A stretch of 64,000 bases of DNA from Methanotrichaceae archaeon (GCA_963803145.1 CAWDLW010000012.1:32001-96000); one strand, 5' to 3'. Counted from the first letter of the stretch, positions 52,830-63,424 are shown. Translations and numbers: made by a program. Notes: generated by a model from the letters alone, not told the origin.

Positions 52830-52961
52830 TATCAGGATGCAAATCTAGCGGATAAGGATTTTGGGCTGATGTAATTCCGGGGATTATGGTTGTCAATATT
52901 GAGATTACTCCAAAGTGCATATTGAAATTTTCATTTCAATCAAATCGTAAATGATAAAAGT

Positions 52962-55900
52962 TCAGGGAATATCATATCCTTCATCGCTTCCCGATGTGGA
53001 TATGCAGGGGCAGCTTGCCTGCGAAGGCGAGATTTCTTCCTCTTCCGCACCCGTACAGTTATAGCAAGGAAGCCATTCATCTCCAGAGTCCTGTAGAATG
53101 CTGTTGAGGCCGAAAAATCCCGGAGGCTGCCAGCTTGAACTGATGGTAGGATGATCTCCTTTGATCTCCTCCTGACATGATACATCTGCGGACGCAAAAT
53201 CAGTCCCGTCAAAGGAGTGAGTCTCTACATGAGCCTGGTTTTCAAATATTCCGCTGTGCAATGCCCTGGCCAGATATTCAATAGTCCTGACTTCACCGGG
53301 CTTTATGTCAATGATATTCCATGTTACCTGATCTGAAAGATTATCTGCAGGCGTAAGCGTTGAGTTGACGAACTCCATCCCTTCAGGCAACGTATCAGTT
53401 ATAGATGCCACCATTGTATATCCTTCACGGTTTTTCAGAGTGATGTTATAATGAACCAACATGGGGCCCTTAGCATCCACATAGCCGGTTTCTCTCGCCA
53501 GTATCTGAGGCGGGCAGCAGCTCAACCAGTTAAGCTCTATCGCAGAACTGTTTTCTGCGCCGATCCACTGATTATCATAACCACCTTTAGCCTGCACACG
53601 GTTTACCAGATTATCCATATCATGAGTCATGTTGAGTCTCAGCTCGATCTTGGAACTCACTCCGGTGCCAAGGCTTGTAAGAGTCCACTGAGCAGAGTTT
53701 GGTGTAAGCTGCGATGGCCTCAATGAAGAGTATACATATGCAGTGCCCGGCGGGAAGTAGTCCCAAACGTAAACCGGTCCTAGGGCGCGGTTGCCGTTGT
53801 TGGTCACAGTGATGATGTAATGAACATTGGTGCCGCCTGCCGGATCCATATTGCCTGTCTTGGAGATGTCGAGATGGGGTTCATCAAATTGTACAACTCC
53901 GCCTATAACTGTTTTTCGTGAGATCCTGTACTTTCCGATATATTCATCGTAAAGGGCCACTTCATCTTTGCTGCGGTTTGAGCCAGAGATCTTTATGACG
54001 TTGAATTGAGCTATGCCGGAGAAATTGGCCTCAGTGTCCATTTCGCTCAAGCCTTTAGCAGCTGTGCTCATGTTTAGGTAATCTGCATGAGAAATCTCCT
54101 CGCTTATTAGGCTGGCAGAGTATGAGCTATTCGAGCCCTTTGCGGCCAATGAGCCTGACTTAGACCACATTCCCTCGCTCCATCTCTTAGAGAGAGTGAC
54201 ATTAACATCAGGCACATAAGCGTATTTTACAGGCGCGTAGGTGACATTTATGTCCTTTGCCATATAGTTGGTTTGTGTTTCCAGACTATCTTCAATTTGA
54301 TAGGCACCTGTTCCTGATTCGTAGCTCTGCTGGCTCTTGCCGATGCGGCTTTCTGCAGCCACCGATCCTATGCCGGATGCGGAGCTTTCTAGGACCGCAT
54401 TCTTGCCGTATTCATCGAACTTGGTGTAAACTCTGAAGCTTCCCAGATAGTCGCCATGTGACTCGTAAGTAGGAGCATCCTTTGGTCTGGACGTCTCACC
54501 ACCGCCGGCCTTCTTGAGTAGATCTATGTGGGCTGCTCCTTCGAAGGATGTATCGGAGACCAATGTTGAGCCGTTTTTATCCAGATCAAGAGAGCTGTTG
54601 CGGTCTAATAGGCTAGCATACATATACCGCTCGCTGAGGATAGCCCCAGTTATGCGATTATTGGCGTTCTGGGCTTCAGACCACTTGGAGTTGTAACTAA
54701 TGGATCGTCCCTGAGGCAGACTGAATGATGAAGGGTTATATCTCTCAGATAAGCTGTTTCCGATTTGAATGCTCTTGTTCTTTGCGATCATCTGCATTTT
54801 TTCATCTCTTCTGTATGCTCCGCTGCCATGGCCTGTGATGGAGGCTTCAGTTCCCAAACCTTCAGCAAGCTGTATGGTCGCAGAGCTGGATTTGGTTTCG
54901 GCATCCCATTGATTGGGATTAGTCAAGTTATAGTAATAACCAGTTATGTTGACGCAATTTGTCAAATGATCGGGTTTCTGAGCAGTGTCCAGCTTCTGAT
55001 GGACATTTACAAATCCTTGGCCGTGGACAGATCCGCTGCAGTCGAATGTAATCTGGGAAATATTTTCCTTTATCTCGGCATAAAGATAAATTGTGCGGCT
55101 ATCTCCATCACGAATTGTTCCAATGTTCCATAATAGGATATTGCCATTTACATTAGTAGGCGAAGGATCGGCACCTAAGTATTCCATATCGTCCGGAAGA
55201 ACATCGGTGATAGCGGCATTGTAGGCATTGCCACGAACGTCATGCTCGCTTCCATAGAATATGGTATAATTAACAATATCTCCATCTGAGTATACCTGTT
55301 TCTCCGCTTTTTTCTTTACCCACAGCGAATGAACTACAAAGGTCTCAAGAGAATTGAAGCTGCCTTTGATTTCATTTGAATCAATCCTGTAAAAATTGTA
55401 CACACTATCCAAATCCAAAGATGTCGGCCCAGAGGGCAATGTTACTTTAAGCTCTATTATCCCCTTGCTGCCATGCGTAAAATTTTTTGTGTTAAGATCC
55501 ACTGCACTCCACCAGAGATGTTTTCCATCAACCTCAGTCCAGTTCTTGCTAGGCTTGGGAGTAGAATCTATGAAGTTGAGGTTCTTATCAATAATATCCG
55601 TTACTGTAACATTGCTTGCATTGCTTGCCCCCTTGTTGTAGTAGTTGATGGTATAGTTTAGATGGTTCCATGGAGTTATTATTGGAGCCGAGGCAAACTT
55701 TTCAATCGAAAGTATTGGTGGTTTGCTCGAAACTGTGGTGGTAGCAGTAGCATTTGCGGGTAATCCGTCATCACTGGATATCGCTGCCGAGCTTGAAAGC
55801 GTAGAGCCATCAAGCGCATCAGCCTTGACAGTCGTATTTATCTTGATCAAGCCAGATTTATTCTTGCCCAGATCTCCTAGTGTCCAGCGATTATTTGTGT

Positions 55901-56999
55901 CTGCATCCGGTGCGAGTGTGGCGGAAATAAACGAGATGTTCTTATCGTAATTTGCCTCGACAACTGCGTTGAAGGCATAGCCGCCTCTATTCAGATAGCT
56001 CATTGTATAGTTCAGATAACCCCCAGGGCTCACTGGATCAGGGCTACCTGCCAGCGAGATCCTTAGATCGGGAGGCTTGGAAATAATGGATATGCTGCAT
56101 TCGGCAGACTTAGAATATGTTCTCTTCCCCGGGTTATCTCTCGAGGTGCTATACCAGCCAAGATTGGCAAGGCTGGTGAGTTGGCTACCAGATCGCACAT
56201 TCTCATCGATGGTTGCTTTATACCTTAACTGAACTTGATGTGTACTTCCCCAGGATGTGTCTATGCGGTCGAAGTGCCAGCTCAGCGATCGAAGATTGGA
56301 TTCGTCCTCTATACCGCTCGGGCCGCTGACGATTTGCATCGATCCTGGAGAGTAAGTCAATCCCTTTGGCACACTTACTTGGACATCAGCATCAAGGGCA
56401 TCTGAACTGCTGTCTGCACTGTGGTAGATCGAGATGGTATGGACAACTTCCGTGCCTGGCTCGGCTATTTTTGAGGAAGCAAATAATTTAACATCAAGGT
56501 CCGGCTCTATCACTCTTATCAAATCTGATCTATCGGTGTTGGAGTACGTAATGCCGAGGAGATCCTTCCAGGTGGCTCTAGCCTGGACGGCTCCAAGGGC
56601 TACCCCTTCGTAATTACCTTCAACATTTGCGACTATCAGGTTGAAGCTAATTGTGATATCCTTACTCAAGGAGTTATCCACATCGCCAAAGGCCCATTCA
56701 ACCTGCACATTTTGAGTGCCATCGTTGGGATAGCTTACCCACTGTAAGGGAGAAGTTGAAGCACCAGTCACTTTTAAGTCACTGCCGTCATAAATCAGTC
56801 CTTTGGGCATAACAAGGGTAACCCTCAGATCATAGATAGTTGTTTGAGGCAGATCTAAAGTTACAGTATATTGGCGCCGAAGATCAGGAATAACTTGGGG
56901 GCCGGCATGTGCCGGGGGAAGCGAGAGAAGGGGCAGGATAAGAGCTAAGAGAAGCAGAATGAAGATGGTTTTTCGCCCTCTTTGTACTGTAACTACCAT
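52962..56999 (-). CDS. Large secreted DUF11-repeat surface protein/adhesin
   Basis: Signal peptide; about 7 repeats of the L.I.K...G..L.YTI...N.G...V.D.LP type; many N-x-S/T sequons; Cys-containing acidic tail. Confidence 0.85.
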   Translation of the reverse strand: MVVTVQRGRKTIFILLLLALILPLLSLPPAHAGPQVIPDLRRQYTVTLDLPQTTIYDLRVTLVMPKGLIYDGSDLKVTGASTSPLQWVSYPNDGTQNVQVEWAFGDVDNSLSKDITISFNLIVANVEGNYEGVALGAVQARATWKDLLGITYSNTDRSDLIRVIEPDLDVKLFASSKIAEPGTEVVHTISIYHSADSSSDALDADVQVSVPKGLTYSPGSMQIVSGPSGIEDESNLRSLSWHFDRIDTSWGSTHQVQLRYKATIDENVRSGSQLTSLANLGWYSTSRDNPGKRTYSKSAECSISIISKPPDLRISLAGSPDPVSPGGYLNYTMSYLNRGGYAFNAVVEANYDKNISFISATLAPDADTNNRWTLGDLGKNKSGLIKINTTVKADALDGSTLSSSAAISSDDGLPANATATTTVSSKPPILSIEKFASAPIITPWNHLNYTINYYNKGASNASNVTVTDIIDKNLNFIDSTPKPSKNWTEVDGKHLWWSAVDLNTKNFTHGSKGIIELKVTLPSGPTSLDLDSVYNFYRIDSNEIKGSFNSLETFVVHSLWVKKKAEKQVYSDGDIVNYTIFYGSEHDVRGNAYNAAITDVLPDDMEYLGADPSPTNVNGNILLWNIGTIRDGDSRTIYLYAEIKENISQITFDCSGSVHGQGFVNVHQKLDTAQKPDHLTNCVNITGYYYNLTNPNQWDAETKSSSATIQLAEGLGTEASITGHGSGAYRRDEKMQMIAKNKSIQIGNSLSERYNPSSFSLPQGRSISYNSKWSEAQNANNRITGAILSERYMYASLLDRNSSLDLDKNGSTLVSDTSFEGAAHIDLLKKAGGGETSRPKDAPTYESHGDYLGSFRVYTKFDEYGKNAVLESSASGIGSVAAESRIGKSQQSYESGTGAYQIEDSLETQTNYMAKDINVTYAPVKYAYVPDVNVTLSKRWSEGMWSKSGSLAAKGSNSSYSASLISEEISHADYLNMSTAAKGLSEMDTEANFSGIAQFNVIKISGSNRSKDEVALYDEYIGKYRISRKTVIGGVVQFDEPHLDISKTGNMDPAGGTNVHYIITVTNNGNRALGPVYVWDYFPPGTAYVYSSLRPSQLTPNSAQWTLTSLGTGVSSKIELRLNMTHDMDNLVNRVQAKGGYDNQWIGAENSSAIELNWLSCCPPQILARETGYVDAKGPMLVHYNITLKNREGYTMVASITDTLPEGMEFVNSTLTPADNLSDQVTWNIIDIKPGEVRTIEYLARALHSGIFENQAHVETHSFDGTDFASADVSCQEEIKGDHPTISSSWQPPGFFGLNSILQDSGDEWLPCYNCTGAEEEEISPSQASCPCISTSGSDEGYDIP

Positions 57000-57462
57000 A
57001 CATGGTATCGTATAGTTGACCCCTTGGCTGGATATTGGTTATTCTCTCGCCTATATTTCGGAAATAGATGAAGACTAAGGCACTATGATGAATAATCGCC
57101 CTTCAGTAGATCCCTCCTTTTCATCACCCTCCTTATATAATGGCCAAATGCAATAGGCTTAAAAGGAATAATGACCTCAGTGCTAAGCTATAAGGCTTGC
57201 CCTTATAGAGATAGCCAATTTCACATTATGCTTATTTTACATAACATGGGCTTCAATCCCTTAAAGATCAGTACTATAAATTCGAATTATTTGCTTTTAT
57301 ATCTTTTTTTGTATTACTTCTATTCAATAGATCTTTGATAGACCCTCATTTAAGTATTCACATTAATCAAAATATGGTATATAGAATTTAGCCGAAAAGG
57401 TGATGGAATAATCAAAAGTTCACGAAAAAGTTGCAAATTAGCCTGCTGTCAATTTGTACAAC

Positions 57463-58014
57463 TTATGGCTTCGGTGAGCCCACAAAGGCAACGACCTTGC
57501 GATAGATGGCACCGTCCGGCAGGGGCAGATCCTCGGAGGTAACCTCCTGAATAAAGGTCACCTGTATATCGATTCCGTTGTTGCCTGTCCTATTGCCCAA
57601 AGTGATCGGCTGATCGTTGGGAAGGACGGTTTCCTTATCAGCAATTATCTTCATGGGCTTGGAAAGCCTCTTTGCACCATATCCATCTTTAGTCCATTCC
57701 ATCATGTAGCCTTTAGAATAAGAATCTTCATCCTTAACTGTGAGCTGCCAGTCTGTGTTGGCCTTGATGTTAAGTTTCTCTGTTTTGGTATAGATGCCCG
57801 GAGATTTCGGGCTGATATTCCAAGAGAGTGCATCATCGGACGCAGAAACTGCGACCCTGGGTTTAATCTGGGCATAAATAGTTGTAGTGCAGTCTGATTT
57901 CATAGCGGCAGTGTCACCCAATAAACACACCACTAATAATAGCCCCAATGCCAGGTTATAGGGTCTGCCTTTACTTAACGAACCAGCCGTTCTTCGATAC
58001 GTAGCCTTATTCAC
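57463..58014 (-). CDS. Small secreted pilin/WxL-like subunit (paralog 1)
   Basis: Signal peptide; LNIKANTDWQLTV, GYMMEW, VTFIQEV..ED..., YRKVVAF shared with 58264 and 60182. Confidence 0.65.
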   Translation of the reverse strand: MNKATYRRTAGSLSKGRPYNLALGLLLVVCLLGDTAAMKSDCTTTIYAQIKPRVAVSASDDALSWNISPKSPGIYTKTEKLNIKANTDWQLTVKDEDSYSKGYMMEWTKDGYGAKRLSKPMKIIADKETVLPNDQPITLGNRTGNNGIDIQVTFIQEVTSEDLPLPDGAIYRKVVAFVGSPKP

Positions 58015-58263
58015 TCCTAGCGAAGTTGACCCCTATCCAAAGTCAGGACGGTCAAAGTCGGATTCGTAATAAGAATTGATAGTACAATCTATACTTATAA
58101 TTTTCTAAGAGCTTAGTATATCTAGTAGGCTGAAATGCAGATCTGAAACTGATATCACAAATTATTGAGGAATCTTCTCTGTTTTAAGTAAATTATTTTA
58201 GGATCATCGAATCTATATTGAGCGGAAAAATAATTATAGACTTAATTCAGCCTCCTTCTTCGG

Positions 58264-58842
58264 CTAACTATACGAGCCGGTGAAGGTGACTATAATACGA
58301 TAAACATGGCCAGCCGGAAGGGCAGGATCTATGAAGGATCCCTCCTGGGTGAAGACAACATCTATATCTTGGCCATTGCCTTTTGTCTTATCACCAGTCT
58401 GAATTACCCCCTCGCTTGGGAGGGGGACCTCATTGGCCGCTTTTACCTTCATGGGGTTGGTCAACCTATAAGAGCTGTAAGCAGATCCTGTCCATTCGGT
58501 CATATGGCCGGAGGTAACTGTATCACTATCCATAGCCGTGACCTGCCATCCATCTTTGTTGGCCTTAATATTGAGGGTGCCCGTTTCCTGGTTGGTCTCA
58601 TCAGGGACGATCTGCCATTCTGAAATATCGAGTGGAGGAGTGATGGAGATTTGTGCTCCCTGTGGGGCGCTAACTAAAAGGTCTAACTGGCCTTCAAGGG
58701 ATTGACCAGGAACAGCTGCTATATCGCCAGTTACCGGCAGGAAGGCAATGAAGCAGATCAACGAACACGGCAAGAGCAATGCTAGGCGGTTTTTGAGCGG
58801 CCTCATGATCAGGATAAGCAAGGAGGTGCGATTTATGCTCAT
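58264..58842 (-). CDS. Small secreted pilin/WxL-like subunit (paralog 2)
   Basis: Signal peptide; LNIKANKDGWQVTA, GHMTEW, VVFTQE...DP, YRIIVTF. Confidence 0.65.
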   Translation of the reverse strand: MSINRTSLLILIMRPLKNRLALLLPCSLICFIAFLPVTGDIAAVPGQSLEGQLDLLVSAPQGAQISITPPLDISEWQIVPDETNQETGTLNIKANKDGWQVTAMDSDTVTSGHMTEWTGSAYSSYRLTNPMKVKAANEVPLPSEGVIQTGDKTKGNGQDIDVVFTQEGSFIDPALPAGHVYRIIVTFTGSYS

Positions 58843-58916
58843 ACTATTACTCCTTCACAGAAGCTTTTGCATTATTTATGCCCTTGATAGTTCAAGGCTA
58901 TAGAAAGCTATAGATT

Positions 58917-59726
58917 TCACAATTTAAAGCCGATCTCCTTTGTAGCCAGCATCGATCCATCTTTAAGCCTTACAGTCGAGTTTATTTTGTAGCTGCCAGG
59001 CCGGAGCTCTTGCTTCGGGATCAGTTCCATCTTAAACAGCCTGGCTGTCCTCGGGATTATCGAAGAGGCAGTAAGAGGAGTTGATGAATTGGCGAGGATA
59101 TTGCCCTTTGCATCCATAAGATCAGCCTCAGCAAATGCATAGTAATGATAGTTGCCAGTGTTGTTGAAGAGCAGTGAGACATTTTGCATTTTCCTTGAAA
59201 TAGGCTTATCAATGCTAAGGTTTGTGATCTCGCCCGTTTTGATAAGCCTAGTATTCGCAATTGTGAGTCGAACAGGAACATCTATTGCAACTGCCATGCC
59301 GACGTTTCCATTGCCTGTTGGAAGACTTCGGATGTTGACCAGGGCGTATCTGCCACCTTCTCCAACACCCGATGGGATATTTCCTTCAAGCACAACTTCT
59401 TTGGAGCCGCCTGGTTCGAGATGAAAGCTCGCTGGCGAGACCTTCAAGAATGGCCTGGCAGTATAAGGACTGTTATCCAGCTCCGGCCTGATTTCAGCGT
59501 TTGCCCCATCTAGAGATCGCCCAAATCCGATTACTCCGGCTACAAAGTCCATCGGCTGATCTTTGGGGTCGATATTTACGAGCATTTCGTGACTGATATG
59601 CTGCCCCGGCGTAACATTGGCCTCGAAGATTGCGCCGGAGACTCCAAGACCTGCGGAGGCGGTTCCGATGGCTAAGAGAATGGAAAGAAGGATTCCTATA
59701 AGGCCGAGAGGTTTGGTCTTTATCAT
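58917..59726 (-). CDS. Secreted two-domain chaperone-like protein (PapD/DUF916-like), paralog 1
   Basis: Signal peptide; FLKVSPASFHLEPGGSKEV, GGRYALV, VPVRLTI, FNNTGNYH, L.PG.Y.I. Confidence 0.62.
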   Translation of the reverse strand: MIKTKPLGLIGILLSILLAIGTASAGLGVSGAIFEANVTPGQHISHEMLVNIDPKDQPMDFVAGVIGFGRSLDGANAEIRPELDNSPYTARPFLKVSPASFHLEPGGSKEVVLEGNIPSGVGEGGRYALVNIRSLPTGNGNVGMAVAIDVPVRLTIANTRLIKTGEITNLSIDKPISRKMQNVSLLFNNTGNYHYYAFAEADLMDAKGNILANSSTPLTASSIIPRTARLFKMELIPKQELRPGSYKINSTVRLKDGSMLATKEIGFKL

Positions 59727-60181
59727 CTTTATTTGCGCCCCATTTTATATTTCACTTTGTCCTATTCGAAATCCATTGAAGGCAATTTTTCATAGATCGA
59801 TCATCGATAAAGAATGTTATGTTCGCGAAACTGTAAATGAAGATTTATATTTGGATAAAAATTTTATATTTAATATCATTTTAGATATATACAACTTTGA
59901 GTCTATTTGTAGCACAATAATTTTCATATATGTCGAAATTTAAGGTCACTCATTAATATGCATGTAAAAAGACGTATCTTATAAATTCGTATTCGAGATA
60001 TGAATTTGCAATTTTTATATTTGATTCTAATAGTGATTTCTTGCAACTATTAATACGGATCTTAATATGATAATAAACTATCTCAAGTAAGAAAATGAGA
60101 TCTGTGAAACCTCCTAAAATCACGTAAAAGTTAGTGAACACGAGGGGAGACACAAAAAAGAACTTGAGGAGGATTAAAATA

Positions 60182-60712
60182 ATGAATAGAATGAAAATTT
60201 GGTTGGGAGTCCTTGTAGCCTTTATAGCTCTTGGCGGTATGGCAATGGCATCAGATCACGGCACGACCCAAGTAGATGCAAGCATTGGCGCTTATCTTGA
60301 AGTATCGGCTCCTAGTGAGGTAACATCTTGGGATCTTCTCCCAGGCACTGCAACTGAGCATCCGGCGGAAAATCAAAAAACGATAACTCCTACTGTTACT
60401 AGCAACGAGAATTGGCAGCTGTCCGTCAAATCAGCCACAAATATCCCAAATCCTACGGGTGGCAATTATGATTGGAAAGGCAAGTTCTGGAGCCCCACAG
60501 TGCAATTTATGACAAATCCATTGACAATCACATCTCCAGTAGACCCAAGCGGGCAACCTCTTAGCGACGATAATCCATTGACTGTTGACAGCAATGGTAT
60601 CCCGGGACCTAATGCTCAAGTCTCTGTAGGTCTAGCGCAAGATGTTGCTTATACCGATCCTATCGCAGGCGACTACCTGATTGTCCTCGAATTCGATGCT
60701 GCCTCCCGTTAA
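60182..60712 (+). CDS. Small secreted pilin/WxL-like subunit (paralog 3, candidate major subunit)
   Basis: GAGGAGG upstream of ATG 60182; signal peptide ending AMA; GTTQVDASIG strand, VTSNENWQLSV, QDVAYTDP, GDYLIVLEF. Confidence 0.68.
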   Translation: MNRMKIWLGVLVAFIALGGMAMASDHGTTQVDASIGAYLEVSAPSEVTSWDLLPGTATEHPAENQKTITPTVTSNENWQLSVKSATNIPNPTGGNYDWKGKFWSPTVQFMTNPLTITSPVDPSGQPLSDDNPLTVDSNGIPGPNAQVSVGLAQDVAYTDPIAGDYLIVLEFDAASR

Positions 60713-60720
60713 GAATGTAT

Positions 60721-60768
60721 GCCCTTGATCGCGCCCGAGCATGCGCATAGGGCTTAACTCAATTTTTT
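60721..60768 (+). terminator. Hairpin + T-run after the candidate major subunit gene
   Basis: GCCCT...GCGC...GCGC..AGGGC followed by TTTTTT. Confidence 0.4.
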
Positions 60769-60936
60769 ATATAACAGAGGATTTCAAATAAGCTCTTCCC
60801 AAAGATTATCTTCTGATTAGATTCGCAATCATCCGGTGAGCCACTTATCGCTCATCAGTTGATTGGTCAAGTTAGTAAAATATATGTAAAGGAGCAGTTG
60901 ATTGACAACCACCAATGCAATAAGGAGAAACCAAAC

Positions 60937-61752
60937 ATGATAAGATCCGAGACAGCGATAATTTCAGTGACCCTGGTTCTTCTTCTCCTAACTGCTGGCG
61001 TTGCTTCAGCCGGCCTAGGAGTAATTGGAGCTATGCTTGATAAAAATATCACTCCAGGGGATCAATTCACTCATGTAATGCAAGTAAGATTAGGTCCTTC
61101 AGATAGTCCCGTTAACGTCTCAGCAGATATCTTTGGATTTGGACAGGGCGATGATGGCTCGATGAGGGAGATAAATGCATCACAGGATTCAAGTCCCTAT
61201 ACAGCTACGCCCTTCCTTAAGATATCTCCTAAGAGTTTCCATCTTGACTCAGGAGGCTCTCAGCAGGTCATATTAGATGTTGAAATCCCAAAGGATCTTT
61301 CGGGATCCGGAGGAAGATACGCTCTAGTAAAGATTCACACCCTTCCAACTGGAAAGGGAATGATTGGATTTAGCAGCGGAATCTATGTTCCAATAAGGCT
61401 CACAATCAATGGATCAGAGATTCTCAACAAAGGTGAGATCGAGAGCATCAATCTAGAAAAATCACTGGATCAAAAGAAGCAGGTCCTGTCTCTCTTGATA
61501 AAGAACACAGGAAATCACCATTATTATCCTGTACTGAATGCAGTAGTGAAGGACAAAGAAGGCCATATAGTCGCTAACACTTCAGTTCCTCGTAGTATTG
61601 CCCTTCTTCCCACCTACTCTAGGCTCTTTAAGTCTCTCTTAAATCCAGATACGTCTTTGAAGCCTGGAACATACAACGTGACTGCAACAGTTAGCATGGA
61701 CGATGGCACAGTTCTAGCCAATAAGGAAACCTCTATTGAAGTTAAGTCCTAG
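60937..61752 (+). CDS. Secreted two-domain chaperone-like protein, paralog 2
   Basis: AAGGAGA upstream of ATG 60937; collinear with 58917..59726 (AGLGV.GA, SPYTA.PFLK.SP.SFHL, GGRYALV, KNTGNHH). Confidence 0.62.
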   Translation: MIRSETAIISVTLVLLLLTAGVASAGLGVIGAMLDKNITPGDQFTHVMQVRLGPSDSPVNVSADIFGFGQGDDGSMREINASQDSSPYTATPFLKISPKSFHLDSGGSQQVILDVEIPKDLSGSGGRYALVKIHTLPTGKGMIGFSSGIYVPIRLTINGSEILNKGEIESINLEKSLDQKKQVLSLLIKNTGNHHYYPVLNAVVKDKEGHIVANTSVPRSIALLPTYSRLFKSLLNPDTSLKPGTYNVTATVSMDDGTVLANKETSIEVKS

Positions 61753-61810
61753 TAACTGAGACCAAATTGGAAGGAGCAATCTCTTTTCCTTCCTATTACT
61801 TCTGAATCGT

Positions 61811-61890
61811 AGAGAGTCACGAGTACTCCGACCTTCAGGTCGGGGATGACGTGAACCCTCGCACGTTTTTTCTGCTCTTATAAATCGATA
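61811..61890 (+). repeat. IS200/IS605-type end hairpin (E1)
   Basis: CTCCGACCTTCAGGTCGGGGATGACGTGAACCCTCGC; homologous to the reverse complement of about 1810-1890. Confidence 0.75.
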
Positions 61891-62091
61891 AAACATTACA
61901 TCTTTTGTATGTGTTTAGCTGTCCCAGAATCGATTGATAGATGCTGGTTTCAGTTCCTAACGGAACAATATATATTAACCTGTATTTAACTAAGATCGAT
62001 ATCAGCGGCGTCTTTGCCCTCGAAACGACCTCTAGCAATTAGCAGCATGAGAAGTCGTAAAAATGGGCCATGGATACTGATTATGGTGAGC

Positions 62092-62330
62092 TAAAACATT
62101 ACATCTTTTAATGAGGATGTTCTTGGCACTTAAACCACAGGTGGTGCCACCCACCTATGGCCAGGATGTGATAAGCGTTGGAATAGCGCAGTTTTAGCCA
62201 TGGCCATGGGCGAGATCCCTAACTAGCCTGAGTATCGAGGGATGATCCGCGGGTCGGATGGAACCACCAGATACAAGCGCCGCAGCCGCTCTTCCCTGGA
62301 CCGGCACTCGTTGAGGGCACAAAAGGCCAT
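62092..62330 (+). repeat. Degenerate direct repeat R1
   Basis: GTGCCAC.CACCTAT.GCCAGGATGTGATAAGCG.TGGAA...GCAGTTTTAGCCATGG...AGCCTGAGTATCG...GATGATCCGCGGGTCGGAT...CGCCGCAGCCGCTC; also at R2 and R3. Confidence 0.9.
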
Positions 62331-62350
62331 CCCAAAAAGATACCACGGCT

Positions 62351-62863
62351 TCACTGCATCCCCAACTGCGCCTTTATGGCCTGAACATCCTGCTGCAATT
62401 GCTTTAGTTGCAGAGCAAAGCTTGGCTGATCCTCTCTGATCCCCCTGACCTCTTCCAGGATCTGTTCGGTGTTCTTAGCCATCGATGGGATCATGTCGGT
62501 GTTATCTTTTATCTTATCGGTGTTATCTTTGATCGCCTGGAGAATAGGAACAGCTTTATTCATCTGGCCATATGCATTCATGGCAGCAGTCTGCCAAAGA
62601 GGCATAACATCGCCCGCATAGTCTTCAGATGTTATATTACTAACTTCGGCAAGCTGAGGCTTATTTTTCTTAACAGTGTTAAGGAAGCTCTTGATTCTCT
62701 GATCATCGGCCTCAATCAGGGCTATAACGGTCTGTTGACCCATTTCCTCGTCGTTATAGACATCCAAGCCCCTAAGGGACTTACTTATGGCAAGCTCAAC
62801 TAACCAGGGTCTATAGCCTACATCATGGACTTTAGGGCCAGTTATCCTGATCTTCAGCTTCAT
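62351..62863 (-). CDS. Acylphosphatase-like domain + C-terminal coiled coil
   Basis: ITGPKVHDVGYR, GLDVYN; tail with heptad duplication IKDNTDKIKDNTDMI. Confidence 0.8.
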   Translation of the reverse strand: MKLKIRITGPKVHDVGYRPWLVELAISKSLRGLDVYNDEEMGQQTVIALIEADDQRIKSFLNTVKKNKPQLAEVSNITSEDYAGDVMPLWQTAAMNAYGQMNKAVPILQAIKDNTDKIKDNTDMIPSMAKNTEQILEEVRGIREDQPSFALQLKQLQQDVQAIKAQLGMQ

Positions 62864-62893
62864 CTTATCTCTTTTATCATGCAGTACCTGTAT

Positions 62894-63232
62894 TTATTAC
62901 ATTGGGAGCGCAGAAGGTCACGAATACTCCGACATTTAGGTCTGGGATGAAGTGAACCCTCGCAGGTTTTTTCTGTTCTTATGAATCGATGAAACATACA
63001 TCGTTAAATTGGTTTGTTATTAGCACCTAAACTACATGCTGTGCCACTCACCTATAGCCAGGATGTGATAAGCGCTGGAACCAGTGCAGTTTTAGCCATG
63101 GTTATGGTCGAGATCTCTGACCAGCCTGAGTATCGGGAGATGATCCGCGGGTCGGATCGAATCATCGGATACAAACGCCGCAGCCGCTCATTCCTAAGCT
63201 CGACCCGGCACTCGAGGATGGCTCGAAAGGCC
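62894..63232 (+). repeat. IS605-type end hairpin (E2, 62894-62990) joined to direct repeat R2
   Basis: TTATTACATTGGGAGCGCAGAAGGTCACGAATACTCCGAC...GAAGTGAACCCTCGC matches the MITE end at about 1830-1901 (reverse strand) and continues directly into the R repeat. Confidence 0.88.
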
Positions 63233-63410
63233 GTCACGAGGAATGACTACTCGCTTCAGATATTGCCAGAGCAGAATTCGCTTAGATTCTCATCGATGAT
63301 GCCGAGAGCCCCACCTCATGATCATCCGCATACTTCATCTTCGCAATCTCACGCTCAAATGTCATCGCTGCCGCAATATGAGTCCAGCGAGGATGCAGAT
63401 GTGTCTTTTT

Positions 63411-63424
63411 CGCAACCTTTATAG
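63411..63424 (+). promoter_or_regulatory. Probable BRE/TATA box of the toxin-antitoxin operon
   Basis: CGCAAC-CTTTATAG about 24 nt upstream of ATG 63448, fitting a leaderless archaeal transcript. Confidence 0.45.

Noticed and set aside
57463-60712. Type IV pilins/archaellins
   Set aside because: The signal peptides look like class I (hydrophobic core then AxA-type site), with no class III cleavage motif and no assembly ATPase or platform gene nearby.
63014-63424. ORFs 63014..63424, 63052..63237 and 62242..62439
   Set aside because: They lie on the R repeat, whose copies have stops or frameshifts relative to each other; treated as repeat or relic, not genes.
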